Positions 50,301 through 63,125 of a stretch of 64,000 nt of DNA are shown piece by piece. The stretch lies in assembly GCA_002633005.1 (NCBI GenBank), contig NMRA01000309.1, forward strand, positions 281,333-345,332. Reading direction: 5' to 3'. Position 1 is the first letter of the stretch. Each line of letters opens with the position of its first letter. The position numbers and the translations under genes are program-made. Source of the stretch: Phoronis australis (lineage: Eukaryota; Animalia; Phoronida). The notes below the pieces were generated by a model. The model saw nothing but the letters and a program-made list of their open reading frames with translations. It had not been told where the DNA came from and searched no databases.

Positions 50301-53300
50301 TAGCGAATACATTTTCTTTAGCATCATGGCTACTAGTAAGTAACGAGAACTAATTTGTGAATCAATTATGACGGGTTAGTCACAGTTTGGGTTAAGCTCG
50401 CTTAGGCAGTGGGGTAACAAAACACCAAATGTTAGTGTAGGATTTGTCTTAAGACACCTAAATAAAGCTCAGTTGACTTGAATTGGTTACTTTTCTATGA
50501 ATGGGCTCAATTTTCTCGTAGGTTCCATGTTGATAGTATTTTTTCCACGAAATATCAGGAACACAGCGGAAAGAATCTGTTCTGGTGAATATGTGAGGTA
50601 CCTCCACCATACAAGCTTTGTGTTTATGTGTAACTATGCTGGGTGTGCCTATCTTGGTGGAACTATCCATCCTTTCACCTTCAAGTAATAAGCAACTTAA
50701 CCTAGTTTGTGAGTGAAGTTGGAAGTGAAACAGATGATACTGGCAGGCCACAAATTTTAGCTAAACCACACTATCAGGCTTCTTGACCAAAATACAGCTG
50801 TAACTAGCCAACAAACAGGAAACTCAGAAGAAAACTAATTGGTCTCATGTAGATTTGTCTAGCACTGACATTTCATATTATGCAATGCCTCAACTACTTA
50901 GTACTAAGAGAAAATTCTGTTCCGTAAAAGATTGCTACTCCAGGTTAAACCAAGATTAACTTTTATCTGAAAACCATTAGATTGATGGCCCTAGGGACTA
51001 AGCTACAAACAATATGTGGATATGGATTTATTAATTAACACCTGCCAAGACTGAAGAGGAAGAAGTGAAATTACATAACAAAGCCAGCTAAAAACAAAAT
51101 AATATAATGTCACCTCACAGTGGTGGCTTCATTCTTGACCACAAGTTTTCATTAAAAGATTTACAACAGATTCTATAACAAGAGCAACGTTGAAAATGCG
51201 CCCACAATTGCACCGCATACGGTATCCTTCTAGGGTTGTTTATTGGTACCATAAAGTGGCCAGTAGAGGGCATATATGTAGTATGTTGTACTTTGCAAAA
51301 TGGAAAGGCATGGTCATTGTCTCCTCAATAGGCTAGGGGCAAAATGTGAGTAATCTTCATAATACAAGCACATCCTATACACCAGTTGCTTAAAGCACCA
51401 CAGAAACATAGAATTAAAAACAAATTTACCAACATACGAGATTAGCACAGCATTAGAATGCCAGAAACAAATTTCTACTTGGAANNNNNNNNNNNNNNNN
51501 NNNNNNNNNNNNNNNNNNNNNNNNNNNNNNNNNNNNNNNNNNNNNNNNNNNNNNNNNNNNNNNNNNNNNNNNNNNNNNNNNNNNNNNNNNNNNNNNNNNN
51601 NNNNNNNNNNNNNNNNNNNNNNNNNNNNNNNNNNNNNNNNNNNNNNNNNNNNNNNNNNNNNNNNNNNNNNNNNNNNNNNNNNNNNNNNNNNNNNNNNNNN
51701 NNNNNNNNNNNNNNNNNNNNNNNNNNNNNNNNNNNNNNNNNNNNNNNNNNNNNNNNNNNNNNNNNNNNNNNNNNNNNNNNNNNNNNNNNNNNNNNNNNNN
51801 NNNNNNNNNNNNNNNNNNNNNNNNNNNNNNNNNNNNNNNNNNNNNNNNNNNNNNNNNNNNNNNNNNNNNNNNNNNNNNNNNNNNNNNNNNNNNNNNNNNN
51901 NNNNNNNNNNNNNNNNNNNNNNNNNNNNNNNNNNNNNNNNNNNNNNNNNNNNNNNNNNNNNNNNNNNNNNNNNNNNNNNNNNNNNNNNNNNNNNNNNNNN
52001 NNNNNNNNNNNNNNNNNNNNNNNNNNNGACGGACGGACAGACGGACGGACGGACAGAGATGACGGCATAATGCGTCCACATATAAATATGTGGGCGCATA
52101 AAAATGGCAAAATTTGGCTAACCGCAGAACATCATGTCATGGCTTATTGGGTTTATACGAAACGTTCACATAATATGCACTGTTCTCAAAAACACTCACA
52201 CGGATTGTTTTTAAAGTGTTCCTCTTTTGCAAAACAGGCAATTAAAATGGGACTCTTAATAATTTTTATGAAAAAATTCAGAAGATGTAGAAAATGAAAA
52301 AAATATTACTTGGAAAACAGTAAGTGTTTTTGAGAATTCATCTTGAACATTAAATTTGTATCTGACGAAATTTGTTCATGTTATAGGTACCAATGTTTTG
52401 CTATGAATGCACTTTTTTCCTAAGTTTTATTAAAGACATCATTACCTAGCAAGTTGCTATAAAGTGAAAAAAATAAAATTCTAGTACATGCTTTCTACTA
52501 TCAGAAAATACTTTTACTGACTTACAATCTATAGTTTTGTAGGTATTTAGCTAAATATACACACTGGTGCATCAGGTTCTACATTAAAAGCAGTCACTGT
52601 TTTATGGCATTCAATAACATATGAACAATTGGATGATTACGATTTTAACTTTCGAGTAACAGTTTTCCTTAATAGCTCCCGATATTTCACAATGATGTCC
52701 TACTAAGCAACAGATAAACCCAAGTGTAGACAATAGGTGTGTCTTAACTAAAACGACATTTACTTAAAGAAGAAACTTAGGGGTCTGCTTCGTGAAAATG
52801 ACTTCAATCTAAGACCACAGCTTGGGATTTTCGCATTGGACTAAATGGCAAGTGTTTGCTATGAATGGTATTCAGTAGTTCCCCAACTCGCAGTTGCTAA
52901 AAAATAGGTTTAGGCAGGTAATTATAGATCTACAAATAATTGGTAGAAATTATCTCAGTAACTAGCACTTATGTAGGTGTGTATTCTCAGAGACTGGACT
53001 TGTGCACAAATGGGGGTCTGACAAGAACAAACATAGGGACTCATAGAGATTCTTGTGCCGATACTAGCATGTGGACACCAACTTATTTTGTTGTATGATT
53101 CCATTTAGAATCGTGCTTCTTTACAGATTGAAGAACATTTTGAACAAACTTGTATGATGTTGATATTTCAGCATCATTGTTTGAATCTAAACAAGAGCAC
53201 TTCGGGAGGGACTCTCACATTTCGACCTTCGGACAGGCATCCCTTTCATGAAAGTGACTGAAGACTTACGATACAAATTTAGTTGTATGTTCCCATGTCA

Positions 53301-56300
53301 CAGTTGGTGAACAAAGGTTTGAGGGCATCATACTCAAGAAATAATTTATAGAAATTATCTCAGAAACTAACAGTTATCTGCATATTTTCAGAGACTGCAC
53401 TCTTGTTTGCTGAAGTAAGATCCAATTGTTTCTCAGAAATAGTTATTTGGAGCGTAAGAACAAATTTCTGTCTCAAGTTTTCAATCACTTTTCATGAAAC
53501 AGACCCTCAAGGAATTGCAGAAAAAGAAAGAATTCTGAACTATTTTAATCTGATTGTAAAACACTACAGTCAAAGGTGGAGTATGGGTAAAGCTCGTACA
53601 ATAATGAAACTACACAAAAAATGTATATGACAAGTCCAAGTAAAATATCATTTCCAGTAAGTTGCAAAAACAAAGTGCCTAGTGCGCGTTCAGACTGATA
53701 GGTTTCACAAAGTATCATCTCACACACTGCCCCAGCTTCACAGTACATGCCAGTTTGAGACTACTGCAATCACCCGACGAAAACAATCCACCTGGTGACG
53801 GTAGAGTTGAAAGTCACAAAAACCACAACTTATCAATGAAGATGAAGATTAAGAATTTTAATAAAGAAGTAACAGAGTGAAAATATCAAACTGTTAACAG
53901 TTTTTAAAAGAAAGTACACTTTTTAATAAAACAATGCCGGGATGTCAATTAACAGTGCCACGCATTGTGTTGTTAAAGCACTGATCAGAAGGTGAGTAAA
54001 AAATTCCCCAGTATTGTCTGCACCAGACGTCGACTCACACAGAGAAAAATATGTTATCAGCATTTCTCATATGATACTTTCACATTTTACTTATGGAATT
54101 CACAAAACAACTATTGAGACTATGCCCACAGATTAATAACTAGGACATCTTCTGGCAGAATGACGTAACCGAACAGCAAAAAAATAAAGTAAAAATTCTC
54201 TAGTTTCAAGAGTCTGCAAACTTCACTGGGTCACTGGAATTCAAGTCAAATTCAAAAGTCTTAACACTTCATTTTAGTTTAAAACTTCATAAAACAGATC
54301 TTGACGCAAGTTAGTTCAGCGGAAACTAAACTCAAACTAATGCTCATTCAACACAGCCGTACAAATATATCCAAACTTTTAACTGAATTTAATACGATTT
54401 TTTGTTTAATACATATTTCTGGTGATGCAGCACCACCTAGTGAGTGACAGCTTACCCATGCATTATGAGTAATCATAATGCATGGGTACCATAGGTAATG
54501 AGATTTCCGCGGGAACCCAACCCAGTTTTTAAGACCGATAAATGGGCTGAGAGTTACAAAATGTTTAAATTTTAGAGAATCTTTTTTCACCTGGTGTTCT
54601 AAATTTCGATGAATGTAAAAGAACTCAAGGAATATCTTCTAAACATTGTTGATTCTGAAGAATGGCACATGTGTGATTTAAGTGTTCATCACATCACTCA
54701 AATATCGGACACTAAATGTTGTGTTAAAAGAGTCTGAAAACAGACTTGGCAGGTCGTAAAATTACCAACTGTACCACTTTGCCAAACTCGAAAGGTCCCA
54801 ATTAATGCCACTCATAGTGGCATCTTTGAAAACCATTGTTCTGGTTCCTGTTTCAGAGTGGAATTGTTTGTTTTGGTTATTTAATGCAGCGCATTATTGT
54901 TCCTATAGCATATGTTAACACCATCAGCTGAAATAAAGTAGACTGACTGCATCAAAGGACCACCAGAAAAACTAATTTTCAATTACCGCATGACCTAATC
55001 AGTGCTACCTGCAACTTAACGCAGTCAATTACTTGGTACTACTCCTTACACTGACACATTTTTAAATTCTTACCATTTTCCGATGCATAGCCACAACAAA
55101 TCCATTGAAGTTTTCCAATGGCATGGTGGGTATTGACCCGTTGTTCATTGACGACGTCTCTGAGCTCGTATCACAGGGTTGACGGCAGGGGGTCATGGTG
55201 CTTTCATTGGGCTTAGAGACTGATGACGCCTCTTCACCAGTCTCCAGGTCGGGCTTGTCCACAGGTGGCAGTCTAGGGGTTGGTTCACCATTTGTAATAC
55301 CTGCAACATACAGACATGTCTTAATTTCCATCACTAAAATGAACCAAGGACACATAACATACCAAAAGTATTAATACAAAATGACCCTTAAGCTAAATTC
55401 ATAGCCAGAATACGGTTCATATCCATGGCCCCCCTAAAATTCTCCCAGGTTCCATTTGGCAGTTCGGGGGTGCGAATGTCTGACTTGCAAAATCCTGGCT
55501 AATACTCTGCCCTGCCCCCCNGGTAAGGTGTCTAAGCCATTCTGTAATTAGAATTTTGCCACTACAATCATAGCTATTAACAGTCACTTTTACGACATAA
55601 CGGAGAAACGGTAATTGTCCAATTACTTTTGACTTCTTCTGCACTTGCCAAATTGGCCATTCTGTTTCCTAAGACAGTGAGCAAAGCTTCACCAAATTAA
55701 AAACAACAGACTGTGTACAATTTACGCTACCATTTCCCAATTGTACATTTATGTTCCAGCCTCAAACAAATATAACTCATAGCTCACTTCTAAGTACCAG
55801 CTGCATGAGCGCTGCATAGAAAATCACGCTACTTAAGATATGAAAGGCTTCCATGTTTTTTCAGAGAAAAACCAAGTTCCCGGCTGGCACTTTTTTGAAA
55901 CTGATCCTAAAACGATTAAGTCCCTAGATAAAAAACATTATTTCCATAAAATCTAACACGTGGTGACAATATATCGGAGACCTCTGTACCAACCAAGAAC
56001 TGAACATGAGGTCACGAAATGATTTTTTGCATGAATTCAATTTTAATTTCATGGGAAAATTATGCATGCAGGCTCACAATACTGTGTTTCGAACCTATTC
56101 CTTTCATGTACAGGAGATTCTGGTGCTGCAGCTGTTGACTAGAGAAGAAATGCAATCCAAGATGACAATTTTTATTAGTTGAAATACCACAACTGATCAA
56201 AATCAGAAAGATAATGAAACCATCCTTCATGGTCACAGCAATTCTCCTAATCCAAGTCTCACAGTTGCGTGAACTTTCCAAAAATCGAGTCACCATGGCG

Positions 56301-59115
56301 ACATGATTTCCCAATGTTAGGTGAACATGCCAACACGATATGAACTGTTCTTTCACTTGAAAACATTACTTCAACTTGTTATAGGCAAAAACCAACGTCA
56401 ATGAATCGACGTTCACCCACAGCAGACCCGGCTCTGTTTTCCATTGAGTGCTGAAGTGATCCAGACAATCTTTTAACCACACATGTAGCAGCTGCTAATG
56501 GACCCCAGCTATTAAATTGCCTTTAAAACGTACCTATATAAAATGCTTTCTGATTCAATACTAGCCCAGTAGGTACAACAAACTTGTCAATCTTATTGAA
56601 TGTGATTGAATGTCAGGCGCCAATCTCAAATTCACTCTTTAAGAAACAATGAGACGGAAAAATTTCGCATGAATTTTTGTTGCCATTAATTATGAATCCT
56701 GATGCCAAATACACATGTTGGATCAACACTGACAACAAGTATGGAGAATTTCTTTTTACAGACAGTTAAAAACTTAATGTACTTTTACAAGAACAAACAT
56801 TTTATCCTGCTCTTGGGGTCATTGACTGCTTTCTTGGCGCTTTTTCAAAAAAGGTGGTTTTTCACTTGACAGTTATTCATCGAATAAGTGTCACTCACCA
56901 GCCTAAGTGCCACATGCTAAACAAGTGTAGCGTTCTGTTTTGAAGGACAAAATTGGCAGGGACGACAAGGCAGTCATTATATTAAAATTCAATGTCTAAA
57001 TAAATTATGAGTTTGGCAGGCTGGGTGTCATCGAGCCGGTGAAACTCTGGGTGATGACCGAACTCGATCTTATTATTGACCACAAGCAGAGATGCCCATT
57101 TTACACGTCATTTTCTATAAGGGAGGTTTTTTTCGTGCGGAAAGTGAGAAAACCAACCGTAGGCCTACCTACTGTTTTGTACGGACCAGAATATGATCTA
57201 TAGCTTGACACCAGGTCAGATTGTAGAGCATGTGTTTACCAATATTTTCATTAAACTTCAAAAATCCTATTTCAGTGGTTGCATTCTAACCTCAAGTTGT
57301 TTTGAATCCAGTGTCTCACTACTTAAACAAAAAGTGTCCGCCCACATCAACTTCGGCCAACGCCCCCACAAATGCCAAGTTTCTAGTGATATTAAATTAG
57401 TATCGTAAAAATGGCCACTATATGACGCAGAATACATCAAACCTGTCTGAAAAGTGAAAAGCATCGTTGTCTCCCTAAAAGAAAACTATTTGCCACATTT
57501 CATGAAAATCTGTCAAAGAACTGAAACGATACTGAGGTAAACATAAACAAGAGCAACACAGAGCCGTTGTGAGCGTGGCCTACTTAAACAATTTTACTAC
57601 AATGGTTGAGTTGCAGTAGCAAAGCACTGACATGCGCCCACAGTGCATCGTATGTTTCTAGGGTTGCTTACAAGTTTCACAAAATACATGAACACAGAAT
57701 TTGACCACTGATGGTAGATACTGTTGTGTCAACTTTCACTGAAATCGGTTCTTTAGATAAAATCCAAAAAGGCTATTCCCAAAAATGGCCAATAGGAGAC
57801 ACTGCAGTAGTCAAATCTGCCCCACAGTCAAATGGTGCCGGTGCATTGGCAACATATACCTCTGTTTCAAGTTTCACTGAAATTCATCACTCAGTTCTCT
57901 AGATGTCATCCAAAAACGCTCTTCCCCAAAAACAACACTTGAAAAGCCCCTTGTCAAGAACAGGACATGCTACAATGGTGAAATCTGATAAAAAAAAATG
58001 AAATCGCATACCACTGTGTCAAGTTTTATCAAAGATTGTCTGTTGTTCTCCAGGTATTATCCGAGAACAGTCATTCCCAGAATGGCCACTAGGAGGTGCT
58101 GCAGTGCTTGAATCCAACCCAAAATCAAATGGTGCCAGCCCATTGACATCACATATGTCTACATCAAGTTTCATTGAAATTCGTCAACTGGTTCTCTAGA
58201 TGTCATCTGTATGCACTCTTTGTCCAAACAACACTTGAAGAGCCCCTTTACAAGAACAAAATGGGCACAAGGAGGTGCTGCAATAGTAGAATCCGTCCAC
58301 AAACTTAATGGTGCTGGCACATTGACATCACATACCTTTACTTCACATTTCTTTGAAATATGTCTATTTGTTCTCTAAATATCAACCAAAAATGCTCTTC
58401 CCCAAAATACTAAAAAATCCATGTTCTCTGACCCCAGAGGGCTGAGCAGAATGACAAGTGGCTTAACTGTTCTAGTAATGCCCTGCACCCTCATGCAAAA
58501 TTTCATCAAAATCCAACCAGGGGTTTTCGAGATATAGAACAGATACTCGGACAACTAGACAAACGTGACAACAATATGTACCCACTTTACATAAATGTGG
58601 ACACATAAAAATCAATCATAATACAAAATTGTCATGATGCAATTTCAGTGACTGTAAACTGGACACCAACTATTATCAACGATTTGAGTAGGCTAGTCTA
58701 TTGTAAAATGTGGAAACAAACGTGTCACAATGATTCGTGGGCTAAATATTATCATTACGCCATCAGCTTAATGTGAAGGTGTGAAACCGCATGTCGTCTG
58801 CTAAACAAAGACTTGCAATTCCGCACAGTATATCACGATAAAATTGCAGTATACGTTTTTCCTCCACACCCAACAAACAAACCAAGTAGGAATAATGATT
58901 AGTATGGAGGCCATGTTACTGATAGTCACTGCTTTACCAGAAGTAAGGTACGTGTTGGACGACCTCTGGATGATGGCTAAACTGGTACTTGACTTGTTCT
59001 CACATTCTTCCAACACAGTCATCGGTCGGATCTGTGGCGTTGGTGCCAGCTCGTATCCATAGAGGTTGCCGATGCTCATAGTCGTCTTCACTTTTTGATT
59101 ATCACTGGGAATGCT
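38217..59115 (-). CDS. USP32: ubiquitin carboxyl-terminal hydrolase 32 (USP32), 3' part, multi-exon; 5' end outside window
   Basis: Eight phase-consistent exons encode USP32 motifs: HRKMMRMDMYFLSSQKTRPSLFG, WYRFCRGC, IDWEPTALHLRYQ, KKLDIWRLPP, IIHLKRFQF, His box CHTGILGGGHYVSY, SAYILFYER, terminal CaaX CIIQ. Confidence 0.95.
39004..39096 (-). CDS. USP32: USP32 His-box exon: CHTGILGGGHYVSYGKNPNEKWYCYNDSSCK
   Basis: ccatag acceptor, AAG|gtaaga donor; catalytic His and Asn/Asp. Confidence 0.95.
39728..40174 (-). CDS. USP32: USP32 exon: IIHLKRFQFLNGRWVKSRKIVKFP...TTYDLYALS
   Basis: ttctag acceptor, TCT|gtaagt donor; 447 nt, phase 0-0. Confidence 0.94.
40522..40713 (-). CDS. USP32: USP32 exon: AFEDHSSVTESRRLQSEPIDLTDCLKAFTTEEELGEDELYYCSKCKEHRLAAKKLDIWRLPPVL
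   Basis: gagcag acceptor, CTG|gtaagc donor; CxxC of USP fingers. Confidence 0.94.
42983..43190 (-). CDS. USP32: USP32 exon: DDSLGYEYPFTLKVVQKDGFTCAHCPWYRFCRGC...LHLRYQTSQER
   Basis: ttccag acceptor, AGG|gtgagc donor; phase 2 in, 0 out. Confidence 0.94.
45602..45707. repeat. 26-bp tandem repeat x4
   Basis: ttatgaaaagtatagtggttgcacct. Confidence 0.92.
46289..46479 (-). CDS. USP32: USP32 exon: MRMDMYFLSSQKTRPSLFGTPLV...SPNHAQD(C)
   Basis: ctttcag acceptor, TG|gtaagt donor. Confidence 0.94.
47687..47761. repeat. 39-bp tandem duplication
   Basis: gaaatccaagaatatgatttctgagtaaatcaatgta twice. Confidence 0.85.
47863..48170 (-). mobile_element. degenerate fragment of the same HINE-like family
   Basis: aacaagagcaa end, gtatgtttctaagggt and gccaccagggggtgctgcagtggttaaatctg matching the internal unit; a similar fragment lies near 49840-50110. 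Confidence 0.4.
51177..52104 (-). mobile_element. Helentron-derived HINE/DINE-1-like element (gap inside)
   Basis: On - strand: T5, subTIR plus inverted partner (atgcgcccacatat..atatgtggacgcat), (GTCC/GTCT)n microsatellite, matching subTIR at 51196-51206, ending ...caacgttgctcttgtt. Confidence 0.7.
51485..52027. other. assembly gap
   Basis: Run of N. Confidence 0.99.
55074..55300 (-). CDS. USP32: USP32 exon: (G)ITNGEPTPRLPPVDK...FNGFVVAMHRKM
   Basis: gttgcag acceptor, ATG|gtaaga donor; phase 1 in, 0 out; joins to MRMDMYF. Confidence 0.9.
57546..58611 (-). mobile_element. second HINE-like copy with internal diverged tandem repeats
   Basis: Same aacaagagc end and atgcgcccaca subTIR (57632), degenerate hairpin at ~58575-58606, ~4 diverged 125-180-bp units (atggccactaggaggtgctgcagt...aaatggtgcc...gtttcattgaaat). 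Confidence 0.62.
58938..59115 (-). CDS. USP32: USP32 exon: SIPSDNQKVKTTMSIGNLYGYELAP...SSNTYLTS(G)
   Basis: tttttag acceptor, TCTG|gtaaag donor; PxDNQKV resembles USP32; phase 0 in, 1 out. Confidence 0.85.
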
Positions 59116-61283
59116 CTAAAAATGTAAATGTAATGGGAAGAAATCAATTTAGAACCAAATTAATATTTATCTCTATTCAATGCCCATGAGAGTAGTGATG
59201 GTCGTAAATGTGACCCACAAGACCAAATATCAAACTTCTTAAATAACTTAGTTTCAATATCACATTAATAGTAAACCATTGAAACTAAACACCTCAACAA
59301 AAGTTTGGAAATTTGTGTTCAATCACCGTGTTACTTTTGGTTTATTTACATCATGTTGCATACCAATGGAAAGCTCACTCATTCCCCTTTCCAACAATAC
59401 CACATTTTGTAAATAAATTTTTGATGCTCAATAACTTTGCTACCAACGAGAGCTTGGTCTCAAAGCGAATGTTGCAAATTTCCCTGTTTTTGCCAAGTAC
59501 TGTCACTACCTGTGATGCGCTGGGGATTGACACCAGGGGTAAACAACAAATTTGTGAGACACTGAATAATAGCTTGGAACTTTTGCTATTAGTAGGCTCG
59601 TTATGAAATGCAATTATGCAAATTGTGTTTGCAACTTTCTTCAAATGTGAAAATCTGGTGTTCTGGCTTCAAGTATGCCACGTTTGTCTACTACAGCGAA
59701 GGCCCGAGCTCTTGGACTAATTGATGCTGGTGTTTCCCAGGATGTGGTAGCAGCATGATTCGGATTGAGTCTTTATTAAATAGTGCCATCCCCAAACTTT
59801 TCGTGTGTGACTTTCACAAATTCTGTTTTTTATTCCACGAGATTTCCCTTTAAGGGCTTTGAGCCTGAGAACTCCGTGTCAAATGTTACTTTCCCGTGAG
59901 CATAATTCCGGTCCATCTGCAACTTCATCGTAACTTCCCTTCACCCTTCCAACTACTCCTGTCTGATACTGACACAGCAGTAACTGTTAGTTCTGGAGAT
60001 TAAACACCAGATGGCATAGTTAATGTTTGGACAGTCAGATGAGTTCCCATGTTGCACAGCAACATTTACCTGTAACTTCATGTTACTCTTGCAACACCTG
60101 TGTATTATTTGTGTTCATATAAAACGATTCCGTAAGAATCAACGACTATTAGTTTCTTGGGTTTAGGATTAATACTTAAAAATTTATAAAAGAAATTTGA
60201 TCCATGGAAAACTCTAAAGGCAGGCTCGTTGGCAACATTTTAAGCACGAACCCTTTTATATTCCTGGGTTAAACATTTATAGAACTATGGAATACTTGAA
60301 GACCCCATCCAAAGCCTACTAAAGCTCAACTAATGTGACAAACTCCAGGGACAATAGTCCGACCACACCTTGTCTATAACACCCCAATCATCCCAAAACA
60401 CATTCACTCAACAATCATGTTTTTCTTGCCTTTTACAACACAACAAAATACTGAAAATGATTATATGACCTCATGCCAGAATCATTCACAAAAAAGTTAA
60501 CTATTGCCTTGCTACAGTCTTGGAGTATTACATGATGCATGCCAGAATTAACATGAACTATCTTGATAACTAGCACCATGTCACACCACCACAGCACGAA
60601 TCCATAAAAGATTTAGAGTTGACCCACAGTAGCAGGTGTTCTAGAAAATTAAAGTAGTTTGCAAAGACAATAATAAATTATGCAATTTCTAAGAATTATT
60701 CATTGACATTTTCAGACATTGTTACATCAGGACTAGAATCCATGTTCTTTGAACTTTGAACTCTTAAGTAAAGCTTGAAATTTTCTGTTCTACTTTTGTC
60801 CAAACTCAAGATAAGTTATCGGCCAATACATAAATACAGTACGGTTGAGTTTCTAGATCACTGTATTCAAGCTCCTGGTAAAAAGTCAAGATTTCGAGTA
60901 AAGCTAAAAATTTCAAGTAAAGCTAAAAATTTCGAGATCAGGCTCAAACTTTTAGCCTTAATGATGGGGTCATTAAGAGCAAACTATGATTATCTGAATC
61001 AACAGAATAATAGACAGATATCTTGAGTTTGCACAAAAATAGAAGGCAAAATGTCCCAATTCTACGGATATGCAAAGGCAAATGGAGTAACTTAAAAATT
61101 TCACTTCCATGACACTGTGTTGCCATCTCAGACACAGGTCGGAGCATCAATGACCACTGATGGTAACAAAATGGTACCAACTAGATTCTGTTCAGTCTGA
61201 GTTATTCATATAAAAGTGAAAAATGTGTTCCCGTGACAGACAACAGCAGAATTATGGAAAATGAATCATTGTTAATGATGCCC

Positions 61284-61620
61284 GAGGCAGTATGGCTTAG
61301 TATGTGATAGGTGTTCGATTGCTAACTAGATGTTGTGGATTCGAGCCCCACTGGAACACACTGCTAGACCCTCGAGCCCCACTGGAACACACTGCTAGAC
61401 CCTCGAGCCCCACTGGAACACACTGCTAGACCCTCGAGCCCCACTGGAACACACTGCTAGACCCTCGAGCCCCACTGGAACACACTGCTAGACCCTCGAG
61501 CCCCACTGGAACACACTGCTGGACCCTTGAGTCAGGTCACTAGTTCTTCAGCTCAGTTTTAACTGTTCATAAAGCATAAACATTATTCCAGGTGACCAGT
61601 GCAATGGGCCCACATGCAAA
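61284..61620 (+). mobile_element. tRNA-derived SINE with internal 31-bp tandem amplification
   Basis: A-box-like tggcttagt, B-box-like ggattcgagccc, followed by a body shared with 36394-36505. Confidence 0.65.
61341..61526. repeat. 31-bp tandem repeat x6 inside SINE
   Basis: tcgagccccactggaacacactgctagaccc at 61341, 61372, 61403, 61434, 61465, 61496. Confidence 0.93.
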
Positions 61621-62289
61621 GCCTGCGCACATCTGATACAACGTGAGAACGTTGAAAATGAAAACTGAGACGCGATTCATGATCCAAGTAGCAAACGTTT
61701 CAGTTGAATGACAGGAAGCAAATTGAACAACTCTTTTGGTCTTGCAATGTTATACATTTTTTGGGGATTCCTCTCAAAATTGATTTCAGATAAAATACGA
61801 ATAGCGTTAAATTTAATTTCTATGAACATGTTTTTGGAAAAGAAGAAAAAATTGTTGATCTCTTGATTTGCCTAGCAAAATTACATCCACAGCATGGATT
61901 TGCTTACAAAAGAAATTTATGAATCTTTTGTATTGGAAAAGCTTTTATTCAAAAAATTGTGAACAAAATAAATTCAATGATAGGTGGACCCCTCCTTTAT
62001 TTCTCTAATAACCATTGATTGATCTCTGGTACGAGTGTGGCTGTGAATTATACATGCATTAATTTGTAATTCTTCATGTGAGCTAATAAAGGTAAAATAA
62101 AATAAAAAGCAAAAAAATGAGTAACCGATTGCATTCCAAACATTCTAAGTAAAACAAATCAAGAAAATGTTTATTACACCGTAGTGGTCTGGGAACCAAT
62201 TCCTTGAAGAGACTACTGGCTTTTGTTATTTGATTTGAGCTAAAAGTCAGAAATCTGACTACAAACAGCCAAATGGTGATTTTTAGCTT

Positions 62290-62415
62290 NNNNNNNNNNN
62301 NNNNNNNNNNNNNNNNNNNNNNNNNNNNNNNNNNNNNNNNNNNNNNNNNNNNNNNNNNNNNNNNNNNNNNNNNNNNNNNNNNNNNNNNNNNNNNNNNNNN
62401 NNNNNNNNNNNNNNN
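62290..62415. other. assembly gap
   Basis: Run of N. Confidence 0.99.
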
Positions 62416-62942
62416 GGATGCGGGGGGGGGACTGGAGGATGAGGGGCTTCGGGTGTACGAGCCATTCTCATAAACACAACAAAAATTCCAAGACTTTTGT
62501 TTCCAAGCGCCATTGAATTTCACATTTATGGAAAATGTAATTGCTGAAATTGATCTTTTTTGTTTTTCAAAACCAAGACTTTTAAATTGTTGTGAATGCA
62601 CAGAATTTCTCAAAATATTATCTGATGGTAGCAATGGTGCTAACGCATTTAATTGCTGCTATTTACCTTTAAAAGAAAACAAAATTTAAATTTCAATAGT
62701 CTGTTAACTCGAACCACCCGATCATAACGGAAGTACTTAGAGGCTTCATATTTCATGGGTAACCAACACAAGACAAGATTTGAGAGTGAAAATTGCACTA
62801 CAGCATTCATAAGTATCAATTCGTCATTGGTCCAGGCATATCATGCCTAGAGGAAGTTTTTCAACAGGAATTTTCAAGTGCTTGAGATGCACTTTTGTAG
62901 GTTTCTTTTCAAAGTAAGCTTTCTCGCATATCAAGTTGCATA

Positions 62943-63125
62943 CGGTAAAAATTCCAGAATTTAGGACAGTCACCCAAATTTCGGACACCTAAATCAAACC
63001 CAAATTGAATTTTTTTGATTCTGAAATTTGGGACACGGTCAAATTCGGCATTTACCATATTCCTCAAATTTCGAACAAGTCGATTTTAGTAGCATTGGCC
63101 GCAATTCTCAAATTTCGGACAGTGC
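62943..63125. mobile_element. probable left end of a Tigger/pogo-like element
   Basis: TA|cggtaaaaattcc start followed by repeated aaatttcggaca motifs; partner end not seen in window. Confidence 0.4.

Noticed and set aside
61341-61526. 31-bp repeats as CRISPR or tRNA gene cluster
   Set aside because: No spacers and no complete cloverleaf; continuous with a SINE body.
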